Shown here piece by piece: positions 30,794-40,313 of a stretch of DNA of 64,000 nucleotides. A program made the position numbers and the translations under genes. Under the pieces are notes generated by a model. That model made no database searches, had not been told where the DNA came from, and was given only the letters and a program-made list of their open reading frames with translations. Source of the DNA: Acidimicrobiales bacterium. GTDB taxonomy: Bacteria > Patescibacteriota > Minisyncoccia > Phycocordibacterales > UBA918. The stretch spans positions 7,768-71,767 of the forward strand of contig JBLIMJ010000001.1 of assembly GCA_047638595.1 (NCBI GenBank). The letters are read 5' to 3'. How positions within the stretch are numbered: the first letter of the stretch is position 1; each line of letters starts with the position of its first letter.

Positions 30794-31311
30794 GGTGTAT
30801 ATTGAAGTGTGAGTGTGGTAGCAGTTTCCAAGTGTGCCTGTTCAGAAGCAAGCAGACTTTCTGTTACGATTGAAACACCAAGCTGTACCTGCACTGAGTG
30901 ATATCCATCCAGAGGTGATTTATTTGAATACGTTACCGTACTCTGCATATCATTACTATGGAGCGGTATCGGTGCTGCTGTCCCCTCTTGCAGGTAAAGT
31001 ACCCCATCAACCAATGATACCACTGAAGGGTCCAGCAACGGGTCATACATCGAAAAAGTCACACTACTGGATGTTGCAGTACTAGCAGGATTAGTCACCG
31101 CATAGGCGCCGGAAGAAATACGCTGTAGTGTCGCCAGTACAAATGAACTAACATACCCAACTTCCTGAAGATTCTCTGTCTTTTGTGAGGCGCGGAGCAT
31201 GTCAATACTGACACCACTGATAACAAACACTATTACTGAAGAGATAGCCATATAGAGCAAGAGCTCAATGAGTGTAAATCCTTTTTGTTTGTTGAGGGTA
31301 TGTGTATACAT
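30790..31311 (-). CDS. Minor pilin, PilW/GspJ-like
   Basis: KG|FTLIELLLYMAI. Confidence 0.85.
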   Translation of the reverse strand: MYTHTLNKQKGFTLIELLLYMAISSVIVFVISGVSIDMLRASQKTENLQEVGYVSSFVLATLQRISSGAYAVTNPASTATSSSVTFSMYDPLLDPSVVSLVDGVLYLQEGTAAPIPLHSNDMQSTVTYSNKSPLDGYHSVQVQLGVSIVTESLLASEQAHLETATTLTLQYTP

Positions 31312-31314
31312 ATA

Positions 31315-32127
31315 TTATGATTGGACCCGCGTGTAACGCTTACTGCCGTCACTTAGATATGTCGTGATAAGGACGTCCGTAGCACGCATGTCTGAAGTAA
31401 AGAGTAACGGGCCAAACGTCACTGGCACACCGTCACTACCTATAAGTATATCAATCGTATCTACCAACTCTCCAGAAACCGCCGCCTCACTGGTAGTTGC
31501 CGAATATACAACCAAACCATCAATAGATACTCCTGAGAGCTTGGCACCCCCATCCCACTCTGCGCTGAGTTGCGTTATGGTGAGATTGGCAGATGATTGT
31601 GTGTTAGCGACAGTTATACCCTCAATAGATGTACCCCCCGAAGCATATAGCACTGCACTGGTGTCAAAATACAGGTATGCTGCATCATCAGCCGTCTGCT
31701 CCCAATTTGATACATAGGTTGTATATGAAACGGTACCTGTACGTGCAGCGGTAATATCCCAAGTGACGGTACTTACCACAAGATATGTCTGCTCATCAAC
31801 GGTGGTGATTACTACCGTACGAGTATATTTCCCGGAGGTATCTACGCTTCCAGAAAACCCCCATACACCATCTGTTACTGCCAGACCATGCGTCCCAACA
31901 GATAAAGAATCAAACGAATTTTGAGAGATGGATGTAACTGCGGCAAGACCCTCTTGTGCAAGTTCCTGTGCTTGTACTTGTTCAGTAGACTGACGTACTG
32001 ATACTTGTGTTTGAAAAATTAAGTACGCTACCGTACTTATGGAGACCACTGCCAAACTCATTGCAAATAGAGCCTCAATCAAAGACTGGCCTTGTATACG
32101 ATGTAGTTTGGATTGGTAATATATCAT
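31315..32127 (-). CDS. Minor pilin, PilV/GspI-like
   Basis: QG|QSLIEALFAM, A..LAQEGL, STVTW. Confidence 0.8.
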   Translation of the reverse strand: MIYYQSKLHRIQGQSLIEALFAMSLAVVSISTVAYLIFQTQVSVRQSTEQVQAQELAQEGLAAVTSISQNSFDSLSVGTHGLAVTDGVWGFSGSVDTSGKYTRTVVITTVDEQTYLVVSTVTWDITAARTGTVSYTTYVSNWEQTADDAAYLYFDTSAVLYASGGTSIEGITVANTQSSANLTITQLSAEWDGGAKLSGVSIDGLVVYSATTSEAAVSGELVDTIDILIGSDGVPVTFGPLLFTSDMRATDVLITTYLSDGSKRYTRVQS

Positions 32128-32131
32128 GACA

Positions 32132-32554
32132 TTATTTTACAAAACCTGAATCATAGACCAGTAACGTCTGGGTTGCATGTGCATATGTAAAGGTAAGTGT
32201 CCCAGTTGCAGAAGGATAGCCTGTATGCTGTGCAAAGACTATTTCATCAACACCACTGTATTGAAGTGTGCTCGGTAGGGCGAATGAGGCGTCCTGTGCA
32301 CCGTCGCGCGTGCTGTATGAGTCGCCTTGAAATAATACATACTGACCAGACAGCATCTTTACGCCGTGGGAGCTATCGTTTTTTTGTGTCACTGCATACA
32401 TCTGGGCATTACGTATTGAAGTCTCTACCCCACCTTCAATTTCAGACAGCACTTGTGCATTGTAGAATGACAACGATACAGGAAAAGCAAAAACGGTAAC
32501 AATACCAAATAACGCCACCACCAATATAAATTCAATAAGAGAAAATCCTGTCAT
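32132..32554 (-). CDS. Minor pilin, FimT/GspH-like
   Basis: MTG|FSLIEFILVV, IRNAQMYAV, IVF...TG. Confidence 0.8.
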   Translation of the reverse strand: MTGFSLIEFILVVALFGIVTVFAFPVSLSFYNAQVLSEIEGGVETSIRNAQMYAVTQKNDSSHGVKMLSGQYVLFQGDSYSTRDGAQDASFALPSTLQYSGVDEIVFAQHTGYPSATGTLTFTYAHATQTLLVYDSGFVK

Positions 32555-32569
32555 GTACGAAGAGACTCG

Positions 32570-33622
32570 TTAATTAATACTTCCGGTTAACTTATAAATT
32601 GGTAAAATAATCGCCAATGCAACCATCCCTACAACCATCGCTGTAAAAATCAAAAGTATAGGCTCAATGATTGTTGGAAGCTGCTTTGCTTTTGCCTTCA
32701 CTTCTTTTGTATAAAATTCTGTTAAATACCCAAAAGAATCTGACAAAGTACCACTTTGTTCCCCTACGGACACAATGCCAATACACATAGCTGGGTACAA
32801 TCGAGGATACTGTTTCATAGCCTGAGAAAGTGTCTTTCCAGAAACCGCACTTTGCTCCATGGTTGTTACTGATTCTTTAAAGCGTTGATTAGGCACTGCT
32901 TTACGTACTACTTCGATAGACTGTGTAATAGGTAATCCGCTATGTAACAATGTTGCGAAAAGCTGGGTCATTAGTGCGAGTTGGTACTGTAAAAGAATGG
33001 GGCCAATAAATGGAGTGTAGATTTGCAGGGTGTCTAAAAAATAACGTACTTTGGGGAAGCGTTTGATTATTGCTAAAAACACCACGGTCATCACAACACC
33101 AAGAATACACCATAGCCATTGCGCCTGAAGAAATGTGGAAACAGACAGTAGTATTTTTGTAATCAAAGGGAGCTCAACATCCAACCGTCCAAACAGTGAC
33201 ATGAGTCGGGGCAATATCAACACTGCTAATGCACCACCAAGCAGTACCGTTGCACCAAAAACGAGCTTCGGATACAGTGTTGCTCCATCAACCTCACGTT
33301 TGAGATCGGCAGCCCGTTCAAACCAATCAGCCAGAAAAGTAAGATTTTCTCTAAGAGTTCCACTTTCCTCTCCTGCAGCAACAAGACTCACAAAAATATC
33401 GCCAAACACTTTTCTTTCATTTGAAAATGAAACTGAGAGAAGTGTTCCGTTGCGAACACTCTCTGATACGTTCATGATCGATTTCTTAAAATAAGGTGAC
33501 GCTGCAAGCTCAGCAAGCGTTTCAAGTGCTTGGTCGATAGTAATACCACTCTTAAGCATCACAGAGAGATTGTTCGCAAACTGTGCCTGATCTTGTACTG
33601 ATACTTTGTTGAAGATACCCAT
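32570..33622 (-). CDS. pilC: Type II secretion/type IV pilus platform protein (GspF/PilC)
   Basis: LSVMLKSGITI, AGEESGTL, YP, VGEQSGTL, IEPILL, LPIY. Confidence 0.95.
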   Translation of the reverse strand: MGIFNKVSVQDQAQFANNLSVMLKSGITIDQALETLAELAASPYFKKSIMNVSESVRNGTLLSVSFSNERKVFGDIFVSLVAAGEESGTLRENLTFLADWFERAADLKREVDGATLYPKLVFGATVLLGGALAVLILPRLMSLFGRLDVELPLITKILLSVSTFLQAQWLWCILGVVMTVVFLAIIKRFPKVRYFLDTLQIYTPFIGPILLQYQLALMTQLFATLLHSGLPITQSIEVVRKAVPNQRFKESVTTMEQSAVSGKTLSQAMKQYPRLYPAMCIGIVSVGEQSGTLSDSFGYLTEFYTKEVKAKAKQLPTIIEPILLIFTAMVVGMVALAIILPIYKLTGSIN

Positions 33623-33626
33623 ACTA

Positions 33627-35306
33627 TTATGAATATGTTGATTTAATTACTTCTTCGACAGTTGTCTGACCGGATAGTGCCTTAAAAATTCCATCATAAA
33701 GCAAAGGTTTCATACCCCTCTCTACAGCAGCCTGATGAATCTCATCTGACGTTGCGTCATTTGAAACCAACACTTTAATCGGATTATCTATGACCAGAAC
33801 TTCAAAAATAGCCGATCGTCCCTGGAACCCTGATTTATGACATATTTTACACCCAACGCCGCGGTAAAAACGTATTTTGGCAATATTTTTCTTGCCACTA
33901 ATCTCCAGAATGTAGGCATACGCTACCTTTTCGCTTTTTACAACTTCTTGCTCTTCTTTTGACAAGAAATAACTCTCTTTACAGTGTAGACAAACAGTTC
34001 TCACTAAACGCAAGGAAACGATAATACGCACAGAAGTCGCCACCAAGAATGACTTCACTCCCATCTCCGCAAGGCGAGGGAATGTTGTTGCCGCGTCATT
34101 AGTATGCAACGTTGAAAGCAGCAGGTGTCCAGTCATCGCAGCATTCACTGAAATATCAGCCGTTTCTTCATCACGAATCTCCCCCACCATTATAATATCG
34201 GGATCTTGACGTACAATCGATCGCAAACCTGTAGAAAACAGAAGATCCTTACTCTTATTTACCTGTGTCTGTTGCACACTTTCAATATCATACTCAACTG
34301 GATCTTCAATGGTCATAATGTTTACCTCAGGTGTATTCAAATGTTCCAATATTGAATATAAAACCGTTGTCTTACCCGAACCAGTGGGGCCAACTGTAAG
34401 TATCATGCCATGAGGTTGCTGCATTGCATGAAGTATTTTTTCATAGTTATCGCTTGAAAAACCAAGTGATTCCAAGCTGTACTGACGCGCACTTGAGGAC
34501 AGGAGTCGCATTACGATGTTTTCTCCACTTGTAACAGGAATAATTGATACACGAATATCAAAGGTACCTTCTGACTGAGTGTAAGAAAAACGTCCATCTT
34601 GAGGCTTGCTTCGCTCATCTGTCTGGAGTTGAGAAAGAATTTTTACACGAAACGAGATTTGTTCATGAACTGATCGTGGGTATGTGATGACCTCATGCAA
34701 CATCCCATCAACACGAAATCTTATACGCACCTTAGACTCCAGTGGTTCAAAATGAATGTCTGATGCTTTACTTTCATGACCATATTCAAGAAACAGATCC
34801 ACCAACTGTACCACCACACCTTCTGTGTTACCCTCAATACACTGTGCAACCAGGACTCCAATGCGTTTTTTATAATCACCTTTATATAAACCAATCGCTT
34901 GGGTAAGCGCGCCCTGTGCAACATAGGCAAATTGTACTTTTTTACCAATCTTTTTTTCAAGTAATTTCTGGAACTCAAAATTGTCAGGAAACAGTGTCGC
35001 AACCATAAGTACATCTTCAGTTTCACCATATACAACTGCTTTTTGTTCTTGAGCGACAATCTCAGGAATAATCTCCAGAAATCGATCTTCTATAGTCACT
35101 TTTTTAAGATCAAAAAACGTATACTCACAAGAATCAGCAATAGTTTTTGCAAGATTGTAATCACTAATAAGACCCAGCGTCACCAATTGAAATTCAACAG
35201 TGGTTTTACTCTTTAATGCCACCTCAGCTGTATATAAAAAATCCTGTTCAGAAACGTGCCCTGGTGACACGAGGACTTCCTTCAGCTGATCAGCAGTAAT
35301 AGACAT
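33627..35306 (-). CDS. pilB: Type IV pilus assembly ATPase (GspE/PilB)
   Basis: ASDIHFEP, PQDGRF, GPTGSGKTT, TIEDPVEY, RQDPDIIMVGEIRD, TGHLLLSTLHTND, CxxC...CxxC. Confidence 0.96.
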   Translation of the reverse strand: MSITADQLKEVLVSPGHVSEQDFLYTAEVALKSKTTVEFQLVTLGLISDYNLAKTIADSCEYTFFDLKKVTIEDRFLEIIPEIVAQEQKAVVYGETEDVLMVATLFPDNFEFQKLLEKKIGKKVQFAYVAQGALTQAIGLYKGDYKKRIGVLVAQCIEGNTEGVVVQLVDLFLEYGHESKASDIHFEPLESKVRIRFRVDGMLHEVITYPRSVHEQISFRVKILSQLQTDERSKPQDGRFSYTQSEGTFDIRVSIIPVTSGENIVMRLLSSSARQYSLESLGFSSDNYEKILHAMQQPHGMILTVGPTGSGKTTVLYSILEHLNTPEVNIMTIEDPVEYDIESVQQTQVNKSKDLLFSTGLRSIVRQDPDIIMVGEIRDEETADISVNAAMTGHLLLSTLHTNDAATTFPRLAEMGVKSFLVATSVRIIVSLRLVRTVCLHCKESYFLSKEEQEVVKSEKVAYAYILEISGKKNIAKIRFYRGVGCKICHKSGFQGRSAIFEVLVIDNPIKVLVSNDATSDEIHQAAVERGMKPLLYDGIFKALSGQTTVEEVIKSTYS

Positions 35307-35326
35307 AATATATAGTCACCATACCA

Positions 35327-35710
35327 TTAACTTGGTAAGTAACTCTGCACTTTTTCAGCCAGTTCTTTTAGTGAGATATTTGACTTAATTAAGAAACCCG
35401 CTGCACCCAACTTCATGGCTTCATCAATGTCGGACTGCTGACCTAAATTTGAGGTAACTAGTATTGGGATCTTTTTTACATCCTCATTTTTATCTTTTTG
35501 GATCTCAGCCAAAACCTCAAAACCAGATTTTACAGGCATCATCAAGTCTAGGAGCACCAAGTCAGGTGCGTCAGAGCGAATGCACACAAGTGCTTTTTCC
35601 CCATCTTGAGCATGTATTACTGTATATCCATCAAGTTCAAGCTTACGAATATACGAGCGTGCGACAAACTTCTCGTCATCACAAAGCAAAATAGTGTGTG
35701 TATTTTTCAT
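35327..35710 (-). CDS. Stand-alone response regulator receiver
   Basis: LCDDE, LLDLMMPVKSG, conserved K; no output domain. Confidence 0.92.
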   Translation of the reverse strand: MKNTHTILLCDDEKFVARSYIRKLELDGYTVIHAQDGEKALVCIRSDAPDLVLLDLMMPVKSGFEVLAEIQKDKNEDVKKIPILVTSNLGQQSDIDEAMKLGAAGFLIKSNISLKELAEKVQSYLPS

Positions 35711-36037
35711 AAAATAGTAAATGATTATGTGTAAATATAGATTTATACCTTTTTCTCCTGAAGCGCTTTTTCTTTAAGTTGTGGTAATTCTTTAGGTACG
35801 GTCTCGTATTTCTATATAACAGAAACACAAATTTTTATCATAGTGGATAAACACGCAAAAAACATTATAAAATTAATTTCTACCCGTAGAGATTAACTGG
35901 ATTTCAATTTTAAAATAGGTAGTTAAAACTCATACCATTAACAATACGTGTCATTCATATAGTGTAACCTTTATAAATATCACAAAAAATAGCTAATTTA
36001 ATGCTAAAATTAAGTTCAAATATAAATAAAATCAAGA

Positions 36038-36706
36038 ATGCGTGTATTAGTTGTTGAGGATGAAGAAAAAATCAGAATATTTCTTAAGAAAAGCCTTGAA
36101 GCTGAATGTTTTGCTGTGGATGCTGTAAGTGATGGGAATGAGGGTCTAGAACTCGCTTTACTCAATGAGTACGATATCATCCTTCTTGATAATGTCTTAC
36201 CCAACAAAACAGGCCTTGAAATCTGTAGTGATATCCGACATGCTGGGAAAATGGTACCAATAATCATGCTCTCAGTCCGTTCAGAAACTGACATTAAGGT
36301 GAGGGCACTCAACGCCGGTGCGGATGACTATCTTACAAAGCCATTTTCATTTGAAGAGCTAGTGGCTCGTGTCCACGCACTCCTGCGACGACCCGCTATT
36401 CTTGAAGAAGAAATCCTTACCATTAGTGACGTAACACTTGACACAAAACAACACGTCGTTACACGAAGAAAAGAAGAGATAAAGCTCACACGAAAAGAGT
36501 TTATGCTACTTGAGTATCTTATGAAAAATGAAGGAATAGTTCTTTCGCGAGGAATGCTTATGGAGCATGTATGGGACATGAATGCTGACCCATTTTCAAA
36601 TACCATCGAGTCACACATTTTAAGTTTACGAAGAAAACTTGGACACACTAAAAGAAACGACCTCATCCAGACTGTTCCTGGCAGAGGATATAAAATCATG
36701 CCCTAA
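36038..36706 (+). CDS. OmpR-family response regulator
   Basis: VVEDE, LLDNVLP, GADDYLTKPF, LTRKEF, LRRKLG, TVPGRGY. Confidence 0.95.
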   Translation: MRVLVVEDEEKIRIFLKKSLEAECFAVDAVSDGNEGLELALLNEYDIILLDNVLPNKTGLEICSDIRHAGKMVPIIMLSVRSETDIKVRALNAGADDYLTKPFSFEELVARVHALLRRPAILEEEILTISDVTLDTKQHVVTRRKEEIKLTRKEFMLLEYLMKNEGIVLSRGMLMEHVWDMNADPFSNTIESHILSLRRKLGHTKRNDLIQTVPGRGYKIMP

Positions 36707-36840
36707 ACAACTTATAAAAATTACAGTTTTTATTGACTTTTACTAAGTTGATTTTCTATTTTTAAGTAAGTATCTCTTCATACTGTTTTTTTTATAGTTA
36801 AAAGGTACAGATCTTTACAATTGAAAAAAGGAAGAATGAA

Positions 36841-37593
36841 ATGGAAGAAAATAACACTATATACGCAGCATGGGATAAATATGCAAAAGTGTATGATACT
36901 CTATGCACATTAACTCCATATATGGAGCTTGTGACACAGGTTACAAATACTGTTTCCTGTAGTAGAGATTCCCACATACTCGATGTTGGTTGTGGTACAG
37001 GAAATTTGTTAGCTTCGTTACAAACTCGTCACCCACGAGTAAAATTAACTGGTGTTGACGGATCATGCACAATGCTCGCAGAGGTATCTAGAAAGTATCC
37101 GGAATCTCAATTCATATTACGTAGGGCAAACTTCAATGAAAAATTACCTTTTGCTGCTGATGTTTTTACACATCTTGTAAGTGTAAATGTACTGTATGCA
37201 GTTGAAGACCCTATATACACACTCAGTGAAATGTATCGTGTATTAAAAAAGGGTGGATCACTCACACTGGTCACACCTAAAATAGGGTATGAGAATGGAC
37301 TTATTCTAAAAGAGCATGCCAAAAGTAATAAAACCGACCAGTATTGGAAGGGTGCACATATTTCGGAAGAGCGCGAACTTGCGCTCATCAAAGAAGCGGT
37401 GCACGACCAAAAGTTACAAAATGCACTAATGGAAATTGCCTCACATAACAGACAAATAGCATCCACTAGTACATTCCATTTTTTTAATCAATCCGGCTTG
37501 ATACATCTTGTTAAAAGCATAGGCTTTTCTCTAATCTCAACAGTTTCTTGTTATGCAAAGCAAGGACTGTTACTTCAAGCTCGAAAGGAGTAA
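36841..37593 (+). CDS. Class I SAM-dependent methyltransferase
   Basis: ILDVGCGTGNL, GVDGS, LPF, RVLKKGG. Confidence 0.92.
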   Translation: MEENNTIYAAWDKYAKVYDTLCTLTPYMELVTQVTNTVSCSRDSHILDVGCGTGNLLASLQTRHPRVKLTGVDGSCTMLAEVSRKYPESQFILRRANFNEKLPFAADVFTHLVSVNVLYAVEDPIYTLSEMYRVLKKGGSLTLVTPKIGYENGLILKEHAKSNKTDQYWKGAHISEERELALIKEAVHDQKLQNALMEIASHNRQIASTSTFHFFNQSGLIHLVKSIGFSLISTVSCYAKQGLLLQARKE

Positions 37594-37597
37594 CATA

Positions 37598-38203
37598 ATG
37601 AAAAAAATTGAACTCTTTGGGTCCGATAGCGCTGGATACCCAGCAGTATCCACTTTTGCACAAGAGATTTACTGGAGTAAGCTGTCTTTTTCACTCAACC
37701 ACTTCCCTGAACTTTTTTTTGCGATTACGGAAGATGATCATATTTTAGGTTGTATGGGACTTAATACAAATGTGCGATCTCCCCTTTTTCTCAACAACTT
37801 TTATTTCAAGCAATACACAGCGAATCAGGGTAAAAATATTAAAATTTCTGAGCAAAGTGTGCTTGCTTTAAACAGGTACAGCTTAGGGCTTCCTATATTG
37901 ATTTCTGTGACAGCGGCTTACGCACACAGTATAGATATTCAAAGAATTGTGTACGCAGGGATCGACGTTTCCTGTAAAGCAATCGAGAGCCTTGGATATC
38001 AGGTAACAAAATGTGGACAAGTGGACCTTGGAACACTTCCACACCAGGAACAAAAGAATTATATTCCTTGGAGAGAAACTTATAATCCTGAAATATACAT
38101 CCTTGATACTCAACCATCAAACACTATCTGCTCACTACTGATGGAACGTTTGCAGACAAAAATTAAAATGTCAGCTAATCTTAGACGACTAATACAGCTA
38201 TAG
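37598..38203 (+). CDS. Thermostable-hemolysin family (GNAT/acyl-synthase-like fold) protein
   Basis: FAQEIY...FPELF...PLFL...ISEQSVLA...IVYAG...ESLG...DLGTLP...W..TYNP aligns by eye to the T_hemolysin pattern; SD aaggag precedes ATG 37598. Confidence 0.55.
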   Translation: MKKIELFGSDSAGYPAVSTFAQEIYWSKLSFSLNHFPELFFAITEDDHILGCMGLNTNVRSPLFLNNFYFKQYTANQGKNIKISEQSVLALNRYSLGLPILISVTAAYAHSIDIQRIVYAGIDVSCKAIESLGYQVTKCGQVDLGTLPHQEQKNYIPWRETYNPEIYILDTQPSNTICSLLMERLQTKIKMSANLRRLIQL

Positions 38204-38210
38204 ACATAAC

Positions 38211-38243
38211 CCCCGCCTAAACTAGGCGGGGCTTATTATTTTT
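38211..38243 (+). terminator. Intrinsic terminator
   Basis: ccccgccta aac taggcgggg followed by a T-rich tract. Confidence 0.7.
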
Positions 38244-38324
38244 AATGACTCACTGACATAAATATATTTTGCAAGCTACTAAATACTTTATTTTTAGGCA
38301 ATTTATGTATACACTGCAGAGGCC

Positions 38325-40304
38325 ATGGGGATATTGAGTATAGTTATCAAAATAACCTTAGTAATAACAATCTTGTTAGATGGATTACTGTGTATTGTTG
38401 TTTTTAATGCACATAAATTTAAACTACTAAATACTCTTTTATTGATACATCTTTTAGGTATTTCTGTTTGGGCGTTTAGTGTTTTGTATCTACTTATTCA
38501 CAACAGTGTATTTGCTGCCCAGAGCACATACGCAGCGGCACTTATTCTTTCAATTGCAAAATTTTATTTTGTTCTCTCATTTCCTGAAAATACACCACCA
38601 AAAAATATATTGTGGTACGTGCCCTTAGTGCCGGCGATCTACGTTTTATACGCATCCTTTATTAGTAATACATATTTCTTATCTTTTACTGTTGTTAATG
38701 GTTATTATATTTCTGTTGAGAACGGACCTCTTGCCTCTGTATATGCACTTTGTGTAACTTTTTTCCTTATTACACCAATTATACTCCTACACAGAAAACA
38801 TACACGGATTAAGTACGGGACACTCATTAGTAAACAAATCAAATATTTACTATACGGTACATCCTTCTTTTTCATTCTTGGTCTTGTAACCAACTCTCTC
38901 CTCCCTGTTTTCTTTGGTATCTACTTTTTTAATGGAATAGGCCCTTCTTTCGCACTCGTACTTGCAGGTTTCATTGTATTTATAATTTCAAAACATCATT
39001 TTCTCGACCTTCGTCTTGTTATTCAGAGAGGGTTAATCTATATAATGTTGTTAATAGTAATTATTGGATTTTACCTATCTATTCTCACGATATTCGGAAT
39101 GATTGCCCACCAAGTAGCCCCCATAGTGAGTGCTGCCATCACAACAATCATTGGAATTTTCAGCGTTCCATATATCGACGCATTCCTCAGAAAGAAAACA
39201 GACCCCTTTTTCTTTAAGAATATATATCGATATCGTGAGGCAATGCAAGAATTAAGTGAAATACTTAATCTAAACATCTCATTTGATACTATTACTACGG
39301 AATTTTCACTTAAACTCCAAGAAATATTGAAATCATCTGCAGTAACCCTCCAGCTTGATAATAAAAACCAATCATTCCTGCTTAACACAGAAAACACCCT
39401 GTCTATACCTATAACGTCCAATATTGGGAAAATAGGAGTACTTTTTTTAGGGGAAAAAAGATCTGGTGATCCTTATACAAAAACAGATAAACAACTTTTA
39501 GAGACTCTCTCTCATCAAATAGCAACAGCGTTGACACGTGCAAAACTCCATAAGCAAGTCAAGGACTATTCTCATAGACTTGAAAAGAAGGTGAGAGAGA
39601 GAACTTTGCAGTTAGAAGATGCTCAAGAACGTCAGCGACAGATGATACATAATATTTCACACAGTTTACAAACACCATTAACAATTATGAAGAGTGAGTT
39701 AGGCTACATAAAATCAAAAACAACTGAATTTGAGCAATTTGAAGCTATTGAAACAGTCATCGATGATGTGTCTACTTTTATATATGATTTACTCAAACTC
39801 GCAGAGTTCGAATCAGTAACGGAGCAACCAGACATGAAAAAACTAAATATAAGTCTACTTTTAAACGAAATTGTAGAATATATAACCATCATTGCTACAG
39901 AGAAGAACATCATTCTTTCACATTCAATACTTCCTGATATATATGTCTATGGTTCATCACGGAAACTTAAAGAACTTTTTTTGAGCATCATCAGCAACTC
40001 CATGAAATATATGAATGAAACTGGTCAACATAAAATATCTATCGGTGCAACATCAATCAATACAAATGTCATTATTTCTATTTCCGACACAGGTATAGGT
40101 ATCGACAAAAATGAACTCCAACAGATATTCAGGAGACTTTACAGATCCCCAAATGTTAAAAATCTCAGAGGTTCAGGCCTAGGACTCTCGATTGCAAAAA
40201 CAATTGCACAGGCTCACAAAGGAGACATAGCTGTAGAAAGCATCCTCTTTAAAGGAAGTACTTTTACCGTTACCTTACCTAAGGCAGATAGCGAAACACC
40301 CTAA
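38325..40304 (+). CDS. Sensor histidine kinase with N-terminal 7TM (HisKA_7TM-like) and GAF-like region
   Basis: Many TMs; LGEKRSGDPYTKTDKQLL; SHSLQTPLT; NSMKY; DTGIGI; GSGLGLSI. Confidence 0.9.
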   Translation: MGILSIVIKITLVITILLDGLLCIVVFNAHKFKLLNTLLLIHLLGISVWAFSVLYLLIHNSVFAAQSTYAAALILSIAKFYFVLSFPENTPPKNILWYVPLVPAIYVLYASFISNTYFLSFTVVNGYYISVENGPLASVYALCVTFFLITPIILLHRKHTRIKYGTLISKQIKYLLYGTSFFFILGLVTNSLLPVFFGIYFFNGIGPSFALVLAGFIVFIISKHHFLDLRLVIQRGLIYIMLLIVIIGFYLSILTIFGMIAHQVAPIVSAAITTIIGIFSVPYIDAFLRKKTDPFFFKNIYRYREAMQELSEILNLNISFDTITTEFSLKLQEILKSSAVTLQLDNKNQSFLLNTENTLSIPITSNIGKIGVLFLGEKRSGDPYTKTDKQLLETLSHQIATALTRAKLHKQVKDYSHRLEKKVRERTLQLEDAQERQRQMIHNISHSLQTPLTIMKSELGYIKSKTTEFEQFEAIETVIDDVSTFIYDLLKLAEFESVTEQPDMKKLNISLLLNEIVEYITIIATEKNIILSHSILPDIYVYGSSRKLKELFLSIISNSMKYMNETGQHKISIGATSINTNVIISISDTGIGIDKNELQQIFRRLYRSPNVKNLRGSGLGLSIAKTIAQAHKGDIAVESILFKGSTFTVTLPKADSETP

Positions 40305-40313
40305 TAAAATATA

